A DNA stretch of 64,000 nt from Octopus sinensis (taxonomy: Eukaryota): NCBI RefSeq assembly GCF_006345805.1, contig NC_043000.1:43338001-43402000 (forward strand). The letters are read 5' to 3'. Shown here piece after piece: positions 11,498 through 24,981 of this stretch. Every line of letters begins with the position of its first letter. Position 1 is the first letter of the stretch. The position numbers were made by a program, and so were the translations under genes. The notes under the pieces were generated by a model, which saw only the letters and a program-made list of their open reading frames with translations, made no database searches and was not told where the DNA came from.

Positions 11498-11810
11498 TAT
11501 CATCATCATCGTTTAACGTCCGTTTTCCGTGCTAGCACGGGTTGGACGGTTTGACTGGGGTCTGGGAAGCCAGGAGGCTGCACCAGGCTCCAGTCTGATC
11601 TGGCAGTGTTTCTACAGCTGGATGCCTTTCCTAACGCCAACCACTCCATGAGTGTAGTGGGTGCTTTTTTCGTGCCATCGGCACAGGTGCAAGGGGGTGG
11701 TGGTGCTGGCAGCGGTGACGATCGGTTGGTGCTTTTTACGTGCCACCGGCACAGAAGCCAGTCAAGGCGGTACTGCCATGGCCACGTTCGGATGTTGCTC
11801 ATTACGTGCA
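11498..11810 (-). mobile_element. SINE/non-LTR 3' region with RTE-type tail ending in (GAT)n and internal subrepeat
   Basis: catcatcatcgtttaacgtccg…ggatgcctttcctaacgccaacc; subrepeat ggtgctttt-cgtgcca-cggcacag occurs twice. Confidence 0.65.
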
Positions 11811-11885
11811 GAAAGGAAGCAACAGAAAGTAACAACCACACCCTTACCCGCGCGTAGAGCGGGTCACCTTTAGCTAGTATATATA

Positions 11886-12008
<123 letters not shown>

Positions 12009-12021
12009 TATATATATATAA

Positions 12022-12359
12022 GTGAAGGCGCGTGGCTCAGTGGTTAGAGCGTCGAGCTTACGATCGTGAGGTTGTGAGCTCGAATCCCGGACCGGGCTGC
12101 GTGGTGTGTTCTTGAGCAAGACACTTTATTTCACGTTGCTCCAGTTCACTCAGCTGTAGAAATGAGTTGCGACGTCACAGGTGCCAAGCTGTATCGGCCC
12201 CTTTGCCTTTCCCTTGGATAACATCGGTAACGTGAAGAGGGGAGGCCGGTATGCAGGGGCGACTGCTGGTCTTCCATAAAACAACCTTGCCCTGACTTGT
12301 GCCTCAGAGGGTAACTCTCGAGGTGCAAACCCATGGTCAGTGTCTGACCGAACGGGGTC

Positions 12360-12360
<1 letters not shown>
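12022..12360 (+). mobile_element. SINE family C (tRNA head + CORE-like domain)
   Basis: A box TGGCTCAGTGG; B-box-like AGCTCGAATCC; gtgttcttgagcaagacacttt…cagctgtagaaatgagt. Confidence 0.85.
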
Positions 12361-12407
<47 letters not shown>

Positions 12408-12415
12408 TATATATA

Positions 12416-12879
12416 CGAGATCAATAAGTATCTCGGACTATTGCCATCGTAATAAAGCTAAAGCACACAAATTGACCTTGAAATCTGCTGTGTATGTGTA
12501 CTTAGTTTTAACGCTCAAGATCATTTCGATTATTTTCTCAGTTCTTCTGGTTGCGGTTCTCCCAAAAAGTGCGTCAATATCGAAACTTCTGAACCACTCG
12601 TATATTGGTATGGGGCTCATACACTCCTCCCCATACACTTTCTGAAACGTTGCGTAGGCTTCTGAGTAGATATCGCTATGACAACTTTGTGTGTCATGGT
12701 GAATGCGACGATCAAACGCTACACCTTCCTGCTGTAAACTGGGGACGTGAGCTATGATGTTAAAACTTAGTGCGCACGCACAACAGTATTCAAGGGTAAT
12801 CTTTGCCAAGTGGCTTTACTCTGTATACTTTAGTTGCGTTACTATGGCAACAGTCCGGATACTTATTGACCAGACCTCG
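12416..12879 (-). mobile_element. Mariner internal-deletion derivative with both TIRs and TA flanks
   Basis: About 35-40 bp imperfect TIRs (cgag…tcaataagtatc-cggact-ttgccat); TA at 12414-15 and 12880-81; ORF 12438-12809 has HTH-like AYATFQKVYGEECMSPIPIYEWFRSF. Confidence 0.88.
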
Positions 12880-13194
12880 TATGTGTGTGCATGTAATGTA
12901 TATGTGTAAAAGCACCCACATAAACGGATTCTGTAGGGTATTTTGCATAGACCAAGGTTATTCCTGTTCGCTATGACGTGTGAACGAAGCTCTATAAATT
13001 AGTAATCTCTATATTACATTACCCATCATGTCCTTTCTATGATTTCTTTATATCTTAAATTGCCGACTATTGCTTTAAATTACCACATTCAATTTACATG
13101 ATCCCTATTATCGCATGCTATTCTGAAGAGATGAGATTTCGTCGCTATTTTAATCAGTTCAAACGACAGCATAGATGACCCTAGATTGCCTATT

Positions 13195-13246
<52 letters not shown>

Positions 13247-13730
13247 CAGTGTAGCAGCAGCAATAATAATTATAGTCGTTGTAGTAGCAGCAGTGGTAGA
13301 CTAAGTAGTGTAGTTGTTGCCATATATCTGGTAGCAAAGACAATGCCGTTGCTGTTTAACACATGTACTAGTACGATATTGTAGATGTATGATCACAGGT
13401 TTCTTAGCTGTGCACGAACACGTTTTTTACTCATATATAGATTGATGCAGAGCTACGTTTGTAAAAGCATACCTCTTTCCTTTTATAACGGTAGCATTTA
13501 AGTTAAAGTGTGTGCAGATGCTGCTTCTGATTCGAGAAATACGTCGGCTCAAACCTACCAGTAATTCTAGTATAATTCAAGGTCGAATTTAAACTACCAC
13601 TGATTATTTAAAGTACGTATCTCTTCTGATACACGCAAAATGCACTTTAAAGTTATTTATTTAAACTATTAAATGTTCATATTGTCTATTTTTATGGACA
13701 TATTATCTCACTGTTGTACTCAAATTCTAC

Positions 13731-14660
13731 TTAGAAGAACGCCTGAAAAGTTCATAGGCTGACAAACATACTCTCATGGAATACGACCAAATGAGCTTTA
13801 TTTTTACCACATAGTGCATCTTGCGAACCACACACTTCTTCCGTCGATGCTGCAGTACTTGGATCCCATTGATGGAAAAGCTTTCATCCTGTTGGTCAAA
13901 AATGTCATTATCATCAGATATGACTTAATCATCACCGCGATACTAGTTCCCAATCAAATGAATTTTCATGTTGATGAGCAGATGAAACTCAGATGGAGCC
14001 AAATCAGCATTAGGAGGATGTGTAGCCAGTGCCAAGCCACATTCACGAACAACAACCATTGAAACCATGGACATGTGTGCTGGAGCATTGATCTAATGAA
14101 ATAAAAGCCCTTTTGTCAGTTTTCCTAGACGTTTCATCTTCAAAGCCTTTCGTAAAACACCAGCATATTGGCATAGTACTTTACATTGATGGTGTGACAC
14201 TTTGGAAGATAGTCATAAATACAATGCCTTTTTCATTCTACAACCTGAGGCCATCAACTTTCTTGTAGATGAAACAATCTTAGCCTTCTCTGGAGCAGGT
14301 GAGGAGGGGTGATTCCAGTGCATAGATTTCTCTGGTTCAAAGTGATGAACCCAACATTGATCCTGGCTAATGAAACGCTTAAGAAAACCAGATGGAGCTG
14401 TCGTAAAAAATATCAGATTTGCCGTGATATGAACAGCTCCGTGCGCTTTTGATCAGGTGCCGGACGACATGGCACCCATCGAAAAGAAACATTCGTCGTG
14501 TCAAGTTTATTGTGCAGAATATCCTCAACTCTCCTACGGTATATGCTAACAGCATAGACTATTTGATTTATATTCATCTGCCACGTTGTGATGATCACGA
14601 TCAATGTTTGCCTTGGTGATGGTGCTAGAAGTAATGTCGGATTAAATGCATCTCTTTGGT
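13731..14660 (-). pseudogene. Mariner (DD34D-type) transposase pseudogene
   Basis: Minus-strand motifs WVP (14470-78), MHWNHPSSPAPEKAKIVSS, FH*INAPAH, HPPNADLAPSEFHL (about 13980-14022); stops and frameshifts; TIR-like ctgaaaagttcataggctgac at 13743. Confidence 0.9.
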
Positions 14661-16812
14661 TGGTTATATAGGAGAATCGTGATACTATAAATTATACCGA
14701 CAGGAATTTCTGCCCAAGAAACTGATCCATGTTATGGTCAGTTAATCAAAATTAACGCACTGATGGTTTTCGATTTATTTTATAATTATACAATTAATGC
14801 ATTTCCATGCGTTGCAAAGATTGCGACAGTGTGATATGGTTGGCTAAATCATTTTCTTAATGGTCTCTCTTACATATTGGCAATCCTCTGATCTTTTAGC
14901 AGATAAAAATGTATTCAATTTTGAGCGACTAGATTACGATTTGGAATGCGACATAAACATATATGTATATATATATATATATACATATACCTGTGTGTGT
15001 GTGTGTAAGCTTTGCGTATATGTGCACATGCATACATGTGTATATTCACACAAACACACAAATCTATATACATATACACGTGTACATGATTGCATACACA
15101 AGCACACACGTGTATAATGGTTTTTACCTTTGTCTTCAACTATAGACATTAAAATAAAGAAATAATTTTGCTTAGTCTTCAATATAGAATCATGACTATA
15201 GTGTTTTAACTGAAATAGAAAGGTTATGCCTTGATGACACTGCATATGTGTGAAGTGCAAGATATGTGTGTTTGTGGAACATCTCAGGTGATCTTCTGCG
15301 TTTGCTTACGCTCTGTACACGGAACGCTGCTTTGATAATTGTACATTTGTTTTTATACATTTATTTTTCGATCGCTTGCTATTTTAAGTATATGCCTAAA
15401 CAAATCCAAGTCTTTGCGAATGTTCTTAGTTACATGTGCTTGAATGTGTATGTAGGTTTTTGTGTCTATCGTTCTATGAAAGTGTGCCGAAGACTCTATT
15501 CTCTCTCTCTCTCCCTCTGTATCAATCTATCTACCTATCATTCTATCTATCTTCTACCTTTCTCTATGTGTGTGTGTGCACGAGTGTGTATGTGTATAGA
15601 TAAATACATACATACATATGTTATCGGAGAAATGTCAAAAAGTTTTAAAACACCGTGGTTCAGATTTTTACTTGCATTTGTCTGTGGGATGAATGTCAAA
15701 TTATTAGTTCCCTTCAGCTCTAGAAACCAAGAGAAACACCTCAGAGCTTAACAGAAAATATATCGTTCTTTGTTGTGAAACAGTCAATATTATCAAGATA
15801 TTTCACTGCAGTCTATCGTGGACAGTGGGACGTCTTATATTTTATGTAATATTTTAGCTTTAAGAACAGATAATTGGAGATACATTCAATAGAAAATTGA
15901 GCCGAGAACCGGACCAAATAATTTCTTGATATGCACGCTTGACACTACGGGTTTTGTCACACAGAAACTTGTTAGGAATATGTTAGATAAATTTCCGATA
16001 ATTTCTCGATACTTACGACAATTTTTATGAAATTGTCATAATGGGTTATACGGCTCTATTGATCCTCAGTGTGTTGCTATTTTCTTTAGGCGTAGGTCAT
16101 CAGTGGTTATACTGATTGGTTATAAAATACATTTAACTCTTGATCATTATTCATTATTATTCAGGCAGTGCACAACCCTACGCTGTCATGAATTGTTTCT
16201 TTCATTTCCCGTTATAAGCCTGACTCTTTTGATCTCGTAAAGGTTAGAGTGTTAGATATAACATACTGAGATCCCTTTTAGCATCTGTTTTGTTTACTGG
16301 TTCATGGGTTGTACAACCCTTGCAAAATACAAAAAAAAAAAAAAGAAAATCCTTTCACATACTGCTGAAATGGAAACATTCTATCGCTATATAAAACAAA
16401 TTAACTTAAAAGAATATTTATTTCGATTTTCCGAATTAGAATTTACTATAAGCAACCATAGAAGCTCAAACATATATAAATACACAACTAGTGTCTTACA
16501 CTTCATTTAATGTATTTTAATTGAAACAAAATAAATAACGAAACATTACACATAAAACAGCAGGCTGGGGAGAATAAAAGAGGGTAAAATTCCCAAGAGC
16601 TGTAGTGGTGTTAAGGACCAATTAAATTGTATGATTGAAATAAAATATTAAATTTTAAAATTCAATGAATAGGAACGTATAATCTTTACTGAAAGGAAAC
16701 AGAGAAATCGTTTTATTTCTTAGTGTCTGAAAAGCATTACTAATAACTAACAATATTGAAAACAGCACATTGTGTCTAATTACAATCGATTCATTCACTT
16801 TGAGTATATATG

Positions 16813-16902
<90 letters not shown>

Positions 16903-16934
16903 CACAGTATATGTACAATATATATACAATATAG

Positions 16935-16978
<44 letters not shown>

Positions 16979-17195
16979 TATATATATATAATATATATAT
17001 ATATATATGCAATATATATATATACGTACACACACATGTAACTATATGTAGGTGTGTGAGAGCTTGTCTGTGTGTTTTGTTTGAGTTTTGTTTGTGTAAT
17101 CGGTGTAAAGAGATTAATGGAACTACATAGAATATTTCGTATACATCACTTCTATCAATAGTTGAAGCCACAAAACTTAATATCGAATATCCTCA

Positions 17196-17196
<1 letters not shown>

Positions 17197-17229
<33 letters not shown>

Positions 17230-17245
17230 GCTACTGCTGCTGCTG

Positions 17246-17276
<31 letters not shown>

Positions 17277-17345
17277 AGCCACTGCTGCTGCTGCTGCTGC
17301 TACTACTACTATTTGTAATAATAATAATAGTAATGATAATAATAT
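17197..17345. repeat. Compound (ACT)n/(GCT)n/(AAT)n trinucleotide tract
   Basis: Direct. Confidence 0.95.
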
Positions 17346-17467
17346 TCTTTTTGTTATTAGTATTTTACCACCACCACCGACGCCGCAGCCGCTGTTCCTA
17401 AAACTACTACGACTACTAACAACAGCAATAACAAAGATCATGATTATGTTATGATCACGGTATTATT

Positions 17468-17852
17468 TCATTCTTTCATTCTTTCACTTGTTTCAGTCAT
17501 CTGACTGCGGCCATACTGGAGCACCGCCTTTAGTCGAACAAATAGACCCCAGGACTTATTCTTTGTTAGCCTAGTACTTATTCTATTCTATGAGTCTGTT
17601 TTGCTGAACCGCTAAGTCACAGGAACGTAAACACACCAGCATCGGTTGTCAAGCGATGTTGGGGGACAAACACACACATATAGATAAAGATATATACGAC
17701 GAGCTTCTTTCAGTTTCCGTCTAGCAAATCCACTCACAAGTCTTTGGTCGGCCCGAGGATATAGTAGAAGACACTTGCCCAAGGTGCCACGCGGTGGGAC
17801 TGAACCCGGAACCATGTGGTTGACAAGCAAGCTACTTTTTCACACAGCCACC
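17468..17852 (-). mobile_element. SINE family A, full length
   Basis: Reverse complement of 8089-8513. Confidence 0.92.
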
Positions 17853-18519
17853 TTCTTCTCCTTCCCTATGTACGACAAATTCGCATTGTCTCTAAATGTG
17901 ACCTCTGTACTGATGTAAGGAATTAACTGCTCGTTCACTCAACTACTCCAAAGAGACGAAAGTCTATGTAGTCTACGTTTAAAAGAAAAAGATGAGAGAG
18001 AGAACGATAAATTGATTGACAAAGAGAGACAGAGAAAGGGTGAGAGAATGTGATCGAAAGAGAGATAAAGATAGATAGAGATAAATAGATAGATAGACAG
18101 ACAGAAGGACAGACAGACAGATATACAGACAGATAGATAGCTAGATAGATAGATAGAGACGGAGATAAAGAGAGAGATAGAAAGAGAGAAAGAGAGAGAG
18201 AGTGAAGGAAAATGAGCGATTCGTTTCCGATAATATTCTTTAAACGGTAACAAACATCTTCGCTTAACTTGCTGCAAAAACAACTAATTGTATGATTGTA
18301 TCACAAAACATCATATCTTCCAAAATAAATGGTTTATTGTACATTATAGTTCTCGACACCCAAAACTGGAACACCTGTTATCGCTGGACTACGATGTAAG
18401 TGGAGTGTACAAGGAAGGTGATATTTCGAAAATCGGTTAATATGAAGTTAAGGGGTTTTTTTCACCTTAAATCAGATTTTTAAAAAAATATCTATATGTA
18501 TAATTTACCAATGATGTAT

Positions 18520-19100
18520 GACGCAGTTCTCCTGACAAGGATGAATTAGAGATTCGACTGGTCCAAGTTCATCACACCTATCTTGGGCAGCTGTTCTCTC
18601 CTAGCTGTTATTCTCCAACCTGTCGATCCGAGCTTAAAAAGTTCCTTACTTTGTTATCATTTTTGCTATAATCACCCAACTTTTATCAAACTGCCTTGAG
18701 TGGATCACTTCCTTTTCCTCCATAAGCATCCTTCCTCAATTCTTTGCACGTCGGCCACCACTTCATGAGGCGAAGGAAACTACCTGTTTGTCCTCTCGTT
18801 GGAAGCAAACGATAACACTGTTGACAGGTTCCTCATCTGATAACGGTATTTGTTTTCACACATTACAGTACAGTTTTCAACAGATACATACGTAAGCCGT
18901 GTACGAGTGCCTTTAGAAGAGCTTCATTGTTCTGTGAGCATATTCGTTTGTCTGATCCCACTGTACTTCCATACATGTTGAGTTAATCTTGAACTTGTAG
19001 CATGGCAGACCAATTATTTCAGGAAGTTATACAGAGTAGTCTACGTCCTGAAAGTCTTTGGAACTGACTAGTTCCTTCCAACTCTCGCTCTAAAGTGAAG
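18520..19100 (-). pseudogene. Probable Tx1/L1-clade ORF2 C-terminal relic
   Basis: Disrupted minus-strand translation includes …KWWPT… and …KEVIHSRQFDKSWVIIAKM…, resembling the post-RT C-terminus of Tx1-like ORF2; heavily decayed. Confidence 0.4.
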
Positions 19101-22100
19101 ACGTCATCGCTTGTCACAAATCTTCTTGTCACAAATCTTCAACAGATTACTAAAATCGAATTTCTGACGACTTAATACCTCGGCAAGAATCAGGCTGCGT
19201 AGAATAAAATATGTTACACAGTATAAGGATAGGAATATATGAAATTTATGATAATATACAAATAATAACTCAGTAAAAATGTATGGTGTATTATATAAAC
19301 ATAGTGATTTATGCAAGTTCTCACATTAAAAACGTACATAAAGATATACATTTTAGAGTTTACAGACCAGATGCATCCAGTGGCTTCTTTCTACATATAC
19401 AGAAATGAAAAAACAAAAGAACCATTCATATCAACTTGATAATCCTGCTTTAGCTAGCGGTAAGGTAATATTATTATGGTTATTATCAGTATAAGTTTGA
19501 GGTTAATGTCATATTATCGGTACTCTTTGCATTGTGCTGATGAGCGTATTTATTATCTACTAATCGAATTGCATCCCCGTTATCTTTTTTTACACCTTGT
19601 CTTTCAAAGGGCTCTGAATCTAAAGTCGTCTTCATCAAAATCAGCTTCTCACTCATTTGTTCTTAAATAACTTTATCGATACATTAGAATTTTAAAATTA
19701 CCATCCCTTCTTACTCATGAAAAGATGATGTTGTGCCACTGCTTCCTATGATAGGAAAAATGTAGTGCTACTGTGTTTGGTTTCTCGTGATCTTGTTATC
19801 TCATCACTCTTGTTTATGCATACCTGATTGGGTACAGTTCCAGCTATATTTTGCAATCTGCACAAACTGGAAGGACTGTTGAAAGCCCACCCTACTTCCT
19901 TACTATTTAAGCATAATTTTTTAAAATAAATCGCAACTAACCAATAGCCTTAATAGTTTCCAACACTCTTGATCCTGACACTGGTATTCTGTCGCCATAA
20001 TTGTTGTCGTACAAGAACAGGTGTGCAAGAAATATACGTAACTATTTCGCGTACTTCGGTTTAATTTCTGTAAAAGCGAACGCTTCGCATCGGATAACTG
20101 AAGTAATATTCTTCCAAGTTCCAGCTAGCACTGCCTGTAACTATTTTTTTGTCCTTACAATGGATGTACTGTATGATAAATGAGACAGGTATATATCCTT
20201 TCTTCCTTTTTATTCCTTAATATGATGTTATGCTAGGATCGCATCTTCCTTTGTCACACAAGTGTGCCACTGTACCCTACTCTCTGTTTTACCAACCAAC
20301 TAATTCTCGAGTCTTGCAATCATTGTTAGAAAACACATTATTAGTTTTTTTTATATTAGAGTGCGTATGTGATTTTTTTCTTCAATATAGTCGTAGATTT
20401 TGTTCCTATTATAAGAATAAGTTTTCCATAGTTTTATGACAGTAAAATATTGTGTGAGAGATCTTTTTATTTTAAAGGCATTTAGAGGCGTGTTCGTTTG
20501 TGGTAGATATTGAGTACAATTTATTCATGATTAGAAAAACCTAAATTTAAAAGAAAAAATAAATAAAGAATATAAAACATTATATTTAAGTTCATAACAC
20601 AAAATACCCACACGTTTAGGATACTTTTTAGCACATATTCCGAAATTACGAGAAAAAAACAGTTGATGGAGCCAAATGCCTTTAGAGTTTAAGCAGAAAT
20701 ATTTCCACAATTCCTACTATTGCGAACTCCTTCATCATCATTATTATCATCACTACAAGCTAAAATAATAACAATAATTTTAGTAAAAGTAATAATAATG
20801 AAAGTACAAAATCACTTAATGAAGATTATTGTTATCCTCAATTCAATCTAAACACGGGCAAATCTTTGAAAAGATGAATAAAAGGAAGCCTAAAAGCATT
20901 CAGATATTGACACACTGAATTATCTGCATGATAATAACTCTCGTATTGTATCTATGAGACAATGAATGAAAGCATTTTGTTTCAGACTATTGCAGTCGTC
21001 CTTTTCAATTGTTATCACTGTAAGTCATTACTTTTAATTAATTTCTGCAATGAAAGGACATCTCTGAAACATTCTTTCGTTCTGCTATGTCAAAACGGAT
21101 TAAAAGTCGTTACTGACCCCCCACCCACCCACAAGTGAACATTGTTTCTTACTGCTTGCGCGCTCATCACCCACTCATCACCAACACATGTTGTTTTACA
21201 AAACTACAACGTGATATGAGTTCATATTACTATTCTATTCCATAGCCCAATTTAACTAAGCTGAACTTAGTTGCAAATGTTTCCTGCACAATCTATAACT
21301 GGCTGCGGCATATTTCCTCAGTTTGATAATCAAACAGATGAAACTAAAATGTTTATGTTCGTGCGCTTATAAAATAGTCTCTCACATACATGCGAGATCT
21401 ACTTTCAGCTTGTCTGTTAAATGTATAGAAAATATAACCGCCCATATTTCATAAGACAAACGTGTACCGGTTTTTCGTTTTGCCCACACTTGAATGAATT
21501 CATGGGGTAAGGTGATAGATTATTTATGAATTGAATTTTACCATTGTTTCAGTTAGAACTGCACTTCGATGGGTGAAGTTTGAAGGTAATTCAGGCAAGA
21601 CATACAGAGATGATAGAATTTACTTTGGGCAATTCTCAGACAACGAAATTTCTGTCTGGGTGGAGGTGGCAATGATAGTTGTTGTTCCTCTTGCTCAAAC
21701 ATTCCGAAAACTATAAGCTTATAATTTCTGACTTTGAAAATTGTATGTCGGCTTGTAAAGCAAACTTGGTTATGTAGTTTTCTTTTCTGTTCATTCACAG
21801 TTATTTCTATATTAATAATTTGTTTACGGATAGTATTAACCATTTCTATTTATGCTATTATGAACTACATCAAAACAAGAAACAAGTTAATTTTTTGTTC
21901 CAAGTTAAAATGAAATAATTTTGTGCAAAAACAATTTTAATATATTTCTTACAATACCTACCTACCTAACTACCTACCTACCTACCTACCTATCTACATA
22001 CATACATACATACATTCCCATACATATATATATAAATATATGCAACTATAAATCAGGATAGTATTGTTTATAATAATATCAGTGGCTATATAAATACATA

Positions 22101-22110
22101 CATACATATC

Positions 22111-22187
<77 letters not shown>

Positions 22188-22216
22188 CATATATATGAGT
22201 GTGTGTGTGTGTGTGT

Positions 22217-22259
<43 letters not shown>

Positions 22260-22629
22260 CATTTATATTATATTAATCCATTGTGTTGTGAAATATTAAT
22301 CCATATACTCAAACGAAAATAGAATAAACTGTTCAATATAATTCGTTTATTTTTCAAATATAGTGAGAATAAATTGCATTAAACTCACGGATTTGTAAAG
22401 ACAAAATAAGCATTTTCAACTATAATCTTTTTTCTCTGAAAATCTTTCGAAAAATACATGAATGAGTAGCCAACAGCCAAGGGAAAAAACGTCTGCAGAA
22501 GTAGAAAATAACATCGACAATAACTGCAGCAAAAACATCAATAAATATATTTCCTTAAAGTGTAGTCACAAAGCCTGGAATTTAAGAAAGAGGGGTTAGT
22601 CTATTCTCTCAGTTCACTGCTTCGGCAAT

Positions 22630-22699
22630 AATGACGATGGTGATGATGATGATGATGATGATGATGATAATGAGGATAATAATGATGATGATGATGATG

Positions 22700-22762
<63 letters not shown>
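22630..22762. repeat. (GAT)n-(AAT)n compound repeat
   Basis: Direct. Confidence 0.95.
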
Positions 22763-22763
<1 letters not shown>

Positions 22764-23329
22764 TTACAATAATAATGAATTCAGAAATTCAAAAATTCAG
22801 CGAGGTGAACATCAGTATATATATAATCATTAAAAATAGAATATGGTGAATTCGTACTTTTCAAGTCCAAGGTCAACGCTCCCATTCATCGCTAGTAGTA
22901 GTAAGTAAATTTGACATCTGCTGACCCCAATGGTGTGAGGCCGCATTTGTCTCTTTATCGCACATGGATGCCCATTACTGATCTCTTCACCAATTGACGA
23001 ATCTATTTACAGACCTGTGGTATTTAATCTATTCACCAAGCGGTCTATCTTACTCTTACTTTTCTCTTAAACACACACATATTTATGATCATCTCAAGTA
23101 CAATACAAAAGCTGAAACTAAACACATTCAATAATACCTTTTAATAATAAATGGAAATAATAATAATGATTGTAATAATGCTAATGGTGGTTAAAAATGA
23201 TAATAATTATAAGTTAGCCAAAACTCGTGTCGGATCAGAGGAAATATTAACAATGACAAATAGTAGTAAAAAAATGAAAATAATATCAGTGTTGATAACA
23301 ATAATGAAAGGAAGAGGTTGGAATTTCCT

Positions 23330-24280
23330 TATGCTCTGGTTGATGTGCAACCTGATAATCGCTATCTCATATGAGTGACAATGAAAAAGCAAAATATTGT
23401 GAATAACGGTGGTAATCAAACTGAAGCCCTTGATGGTGACAGTGTTACACCCGGCGCTCTCAGAGATACTGGTCCGACTCCAGCCTGTCATTATCCAGCA
23501 AGGAACCAGCACACATGACGTAAGTGGAATGAACAAATCAATGCTGTGTTCATGGAGTGTTACTACCTGAGCAACCCCGTAGACAAAAATGGTGTTCATC
23601 TTAGGGGATACCGACAACGTATGTATGATCAATGGAAAGAGACAGAACAGAGATATCTGTGCCGACCAAAAGCAAGCACTAAAACGAATCGCCTCAAATA
23701 CAGAATAGACAATAGACCAGAAAGTGATAAGTGCAGAATTTGTGAGATATTGAACACTTTGCAAGGAGTATAGATTTGACAGAGCAAAAACGTGGTACGA
23801 GCATACACCCGAAGGAGTCATCGAAAATGATAATGCAAAAATTCTATTGGATTTTATGATTCCGTGTGACCATGTGATAGAAAATAGGAAGCCATATATA
23901 GTCTTAATTGAGAAAGAAAGCAAACGTTGCTGGATCATAGATAGATATAGCATACCCAGCTAACAAGGTGTGCGATAAAGAAGAAAGAAAATTTGATATA
24001 ACAGGTTAGCTTAGGAGGTTAAAGAGTTGTGGCCACTGAAAAAGGTGGCAGTAGTACCAATAATTGTCGGCGCTCTGGGAACAGTGGTTAAAAATCTTGA
24101 GAGGTCTATGGAAAAAATAGGTGCTGCAATAAGGGTGGAGCACTTGAAGAAAACAACACTGCTTGGAACCGCTCAAATACTCCAGATGGTGCTCGAAAAG
24201 TAAGGGGTTTTACCTTACTTCACTGGTAGTGAACAGTTGGCACCATAGTACATCTCCAACGATAGAAGCTGTGCAACGAC
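23330..24280 (+). mobile_element. Internally deleted R4/Dong-type non-LTR retrotransposon (N-terminus fused to CCHC/RLE C-terminus) in (TAA)n
   Basis: N-terminal KWNEQINAVFMECYYLSNP…GYRQRMYDQWKE; then ICADQKQAL…KYRIDNRPESDKCRIC; RLE region WYEHTPEGVIENDNAKILLDF…RKPYIVLIEK…CWIID and VVPIIVGALGTV; stop 24201-03; (AAT)n from 24281. Confidence 0.88.
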
Positions 24281-24308
24281 AATAAATAATAATAATAATA
24301 TTATTATT

Positions 24309-24363
<55 letters not shown>

Positions 24364-24389
24364 TTGATAATAATAATGTTGATGATGAT

Positions 24390-24617
24390 TTTAAAGTTTG
24401 TCACAAGGCCAGCAATTGCGGAGAAGTTGGGGGGTTTTGTCGATTACATCGACCCCAGTGACCGACTGGTAATTATTTTATCAATCCCAGTGCCCAACTG
24501 GTAATTATTGTATCGACTCGTAAATGACGAAAGGCGAAGTAGACCTCGGCGGAATTTGAACTCAGAACGTAAAGACAGGTGAAAGGCCGCTAAGTATTTC
24601 GTCCAGCTCGCCGCCTT
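24390..24617 (-). mobile_element. SINE family B with internal ~33-bp duplication
   Basis: Matches 38033-38278; cccagtg…actggtaattatt occurs twice. Confidence 0.85.
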
Positions 24618-24744
24618 TTATAAAAGTCATTTACAGCACAGCACTTAGGATAACCAAGTGTTCATCCATCTAGGTACTAACTAGACTCAACATTGCTTAA
24701 ATTCGTTCATCGGATGAGAATCGATGTTTTCAAAGTGATATGGT

Positions 24745-24745
24745 C

Positions 24746-24793
<48 letters not shown>

Positions 24794-24827
24794 TAATAAT
24801 AATAATAATTAATAACAATAATAATGA

Positions 24828-24916
<89 letters not shown>

Positions 24917-24946
24917 ATAATAATAATAATAATAATAACAAAAATA

Positions 24947-24980
<34 letters not shown>
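24745..24980. repeat. Graded compound trinucleotide tract AAT-ACT-GCT-ACT-AAT-GAT
   Basis: Direct. Confidence 0.95.

Positions 24981-24981
<1 letters not shown>

Larger units (their letters stand above)
9906..11877 (+). mobile_element. Non-autonomous Helitron (5' TC end, 3' hairpin + CTAG) enclosing nested repeats
   Basis: A|TCTCTATATTATAA at 9905|9906 followed by (GTTT)n; hairpin ACCCGC-GCGTAGA-GCGGGT 11846-11864 then CTAG|T 11874-11878. That both ends belong to one element is inferred. Confidence 0.6.

Noticed and set aside
12029-12100. SINE heads as tRNA genes (also at 8095, 25625, 45880, 46320)
   Set aside because: A/B boxes are present, but there is no closed cloverleaf and each continues into a repeated SINE body.
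21531-21843. Overlapping ORFs and a possible 33-nt exon (tttcag|…GAAG|gtaatt)
   Set aside because: No recognisable homology on either strand; splice-like signals alone are common in AT-rich DNA.
23207-23953. Longest ORF (248 aa, minus strand)
   Set aside because: It is antisense to the R4/Dong relic, whose recognisable motifs are on the plus strand.
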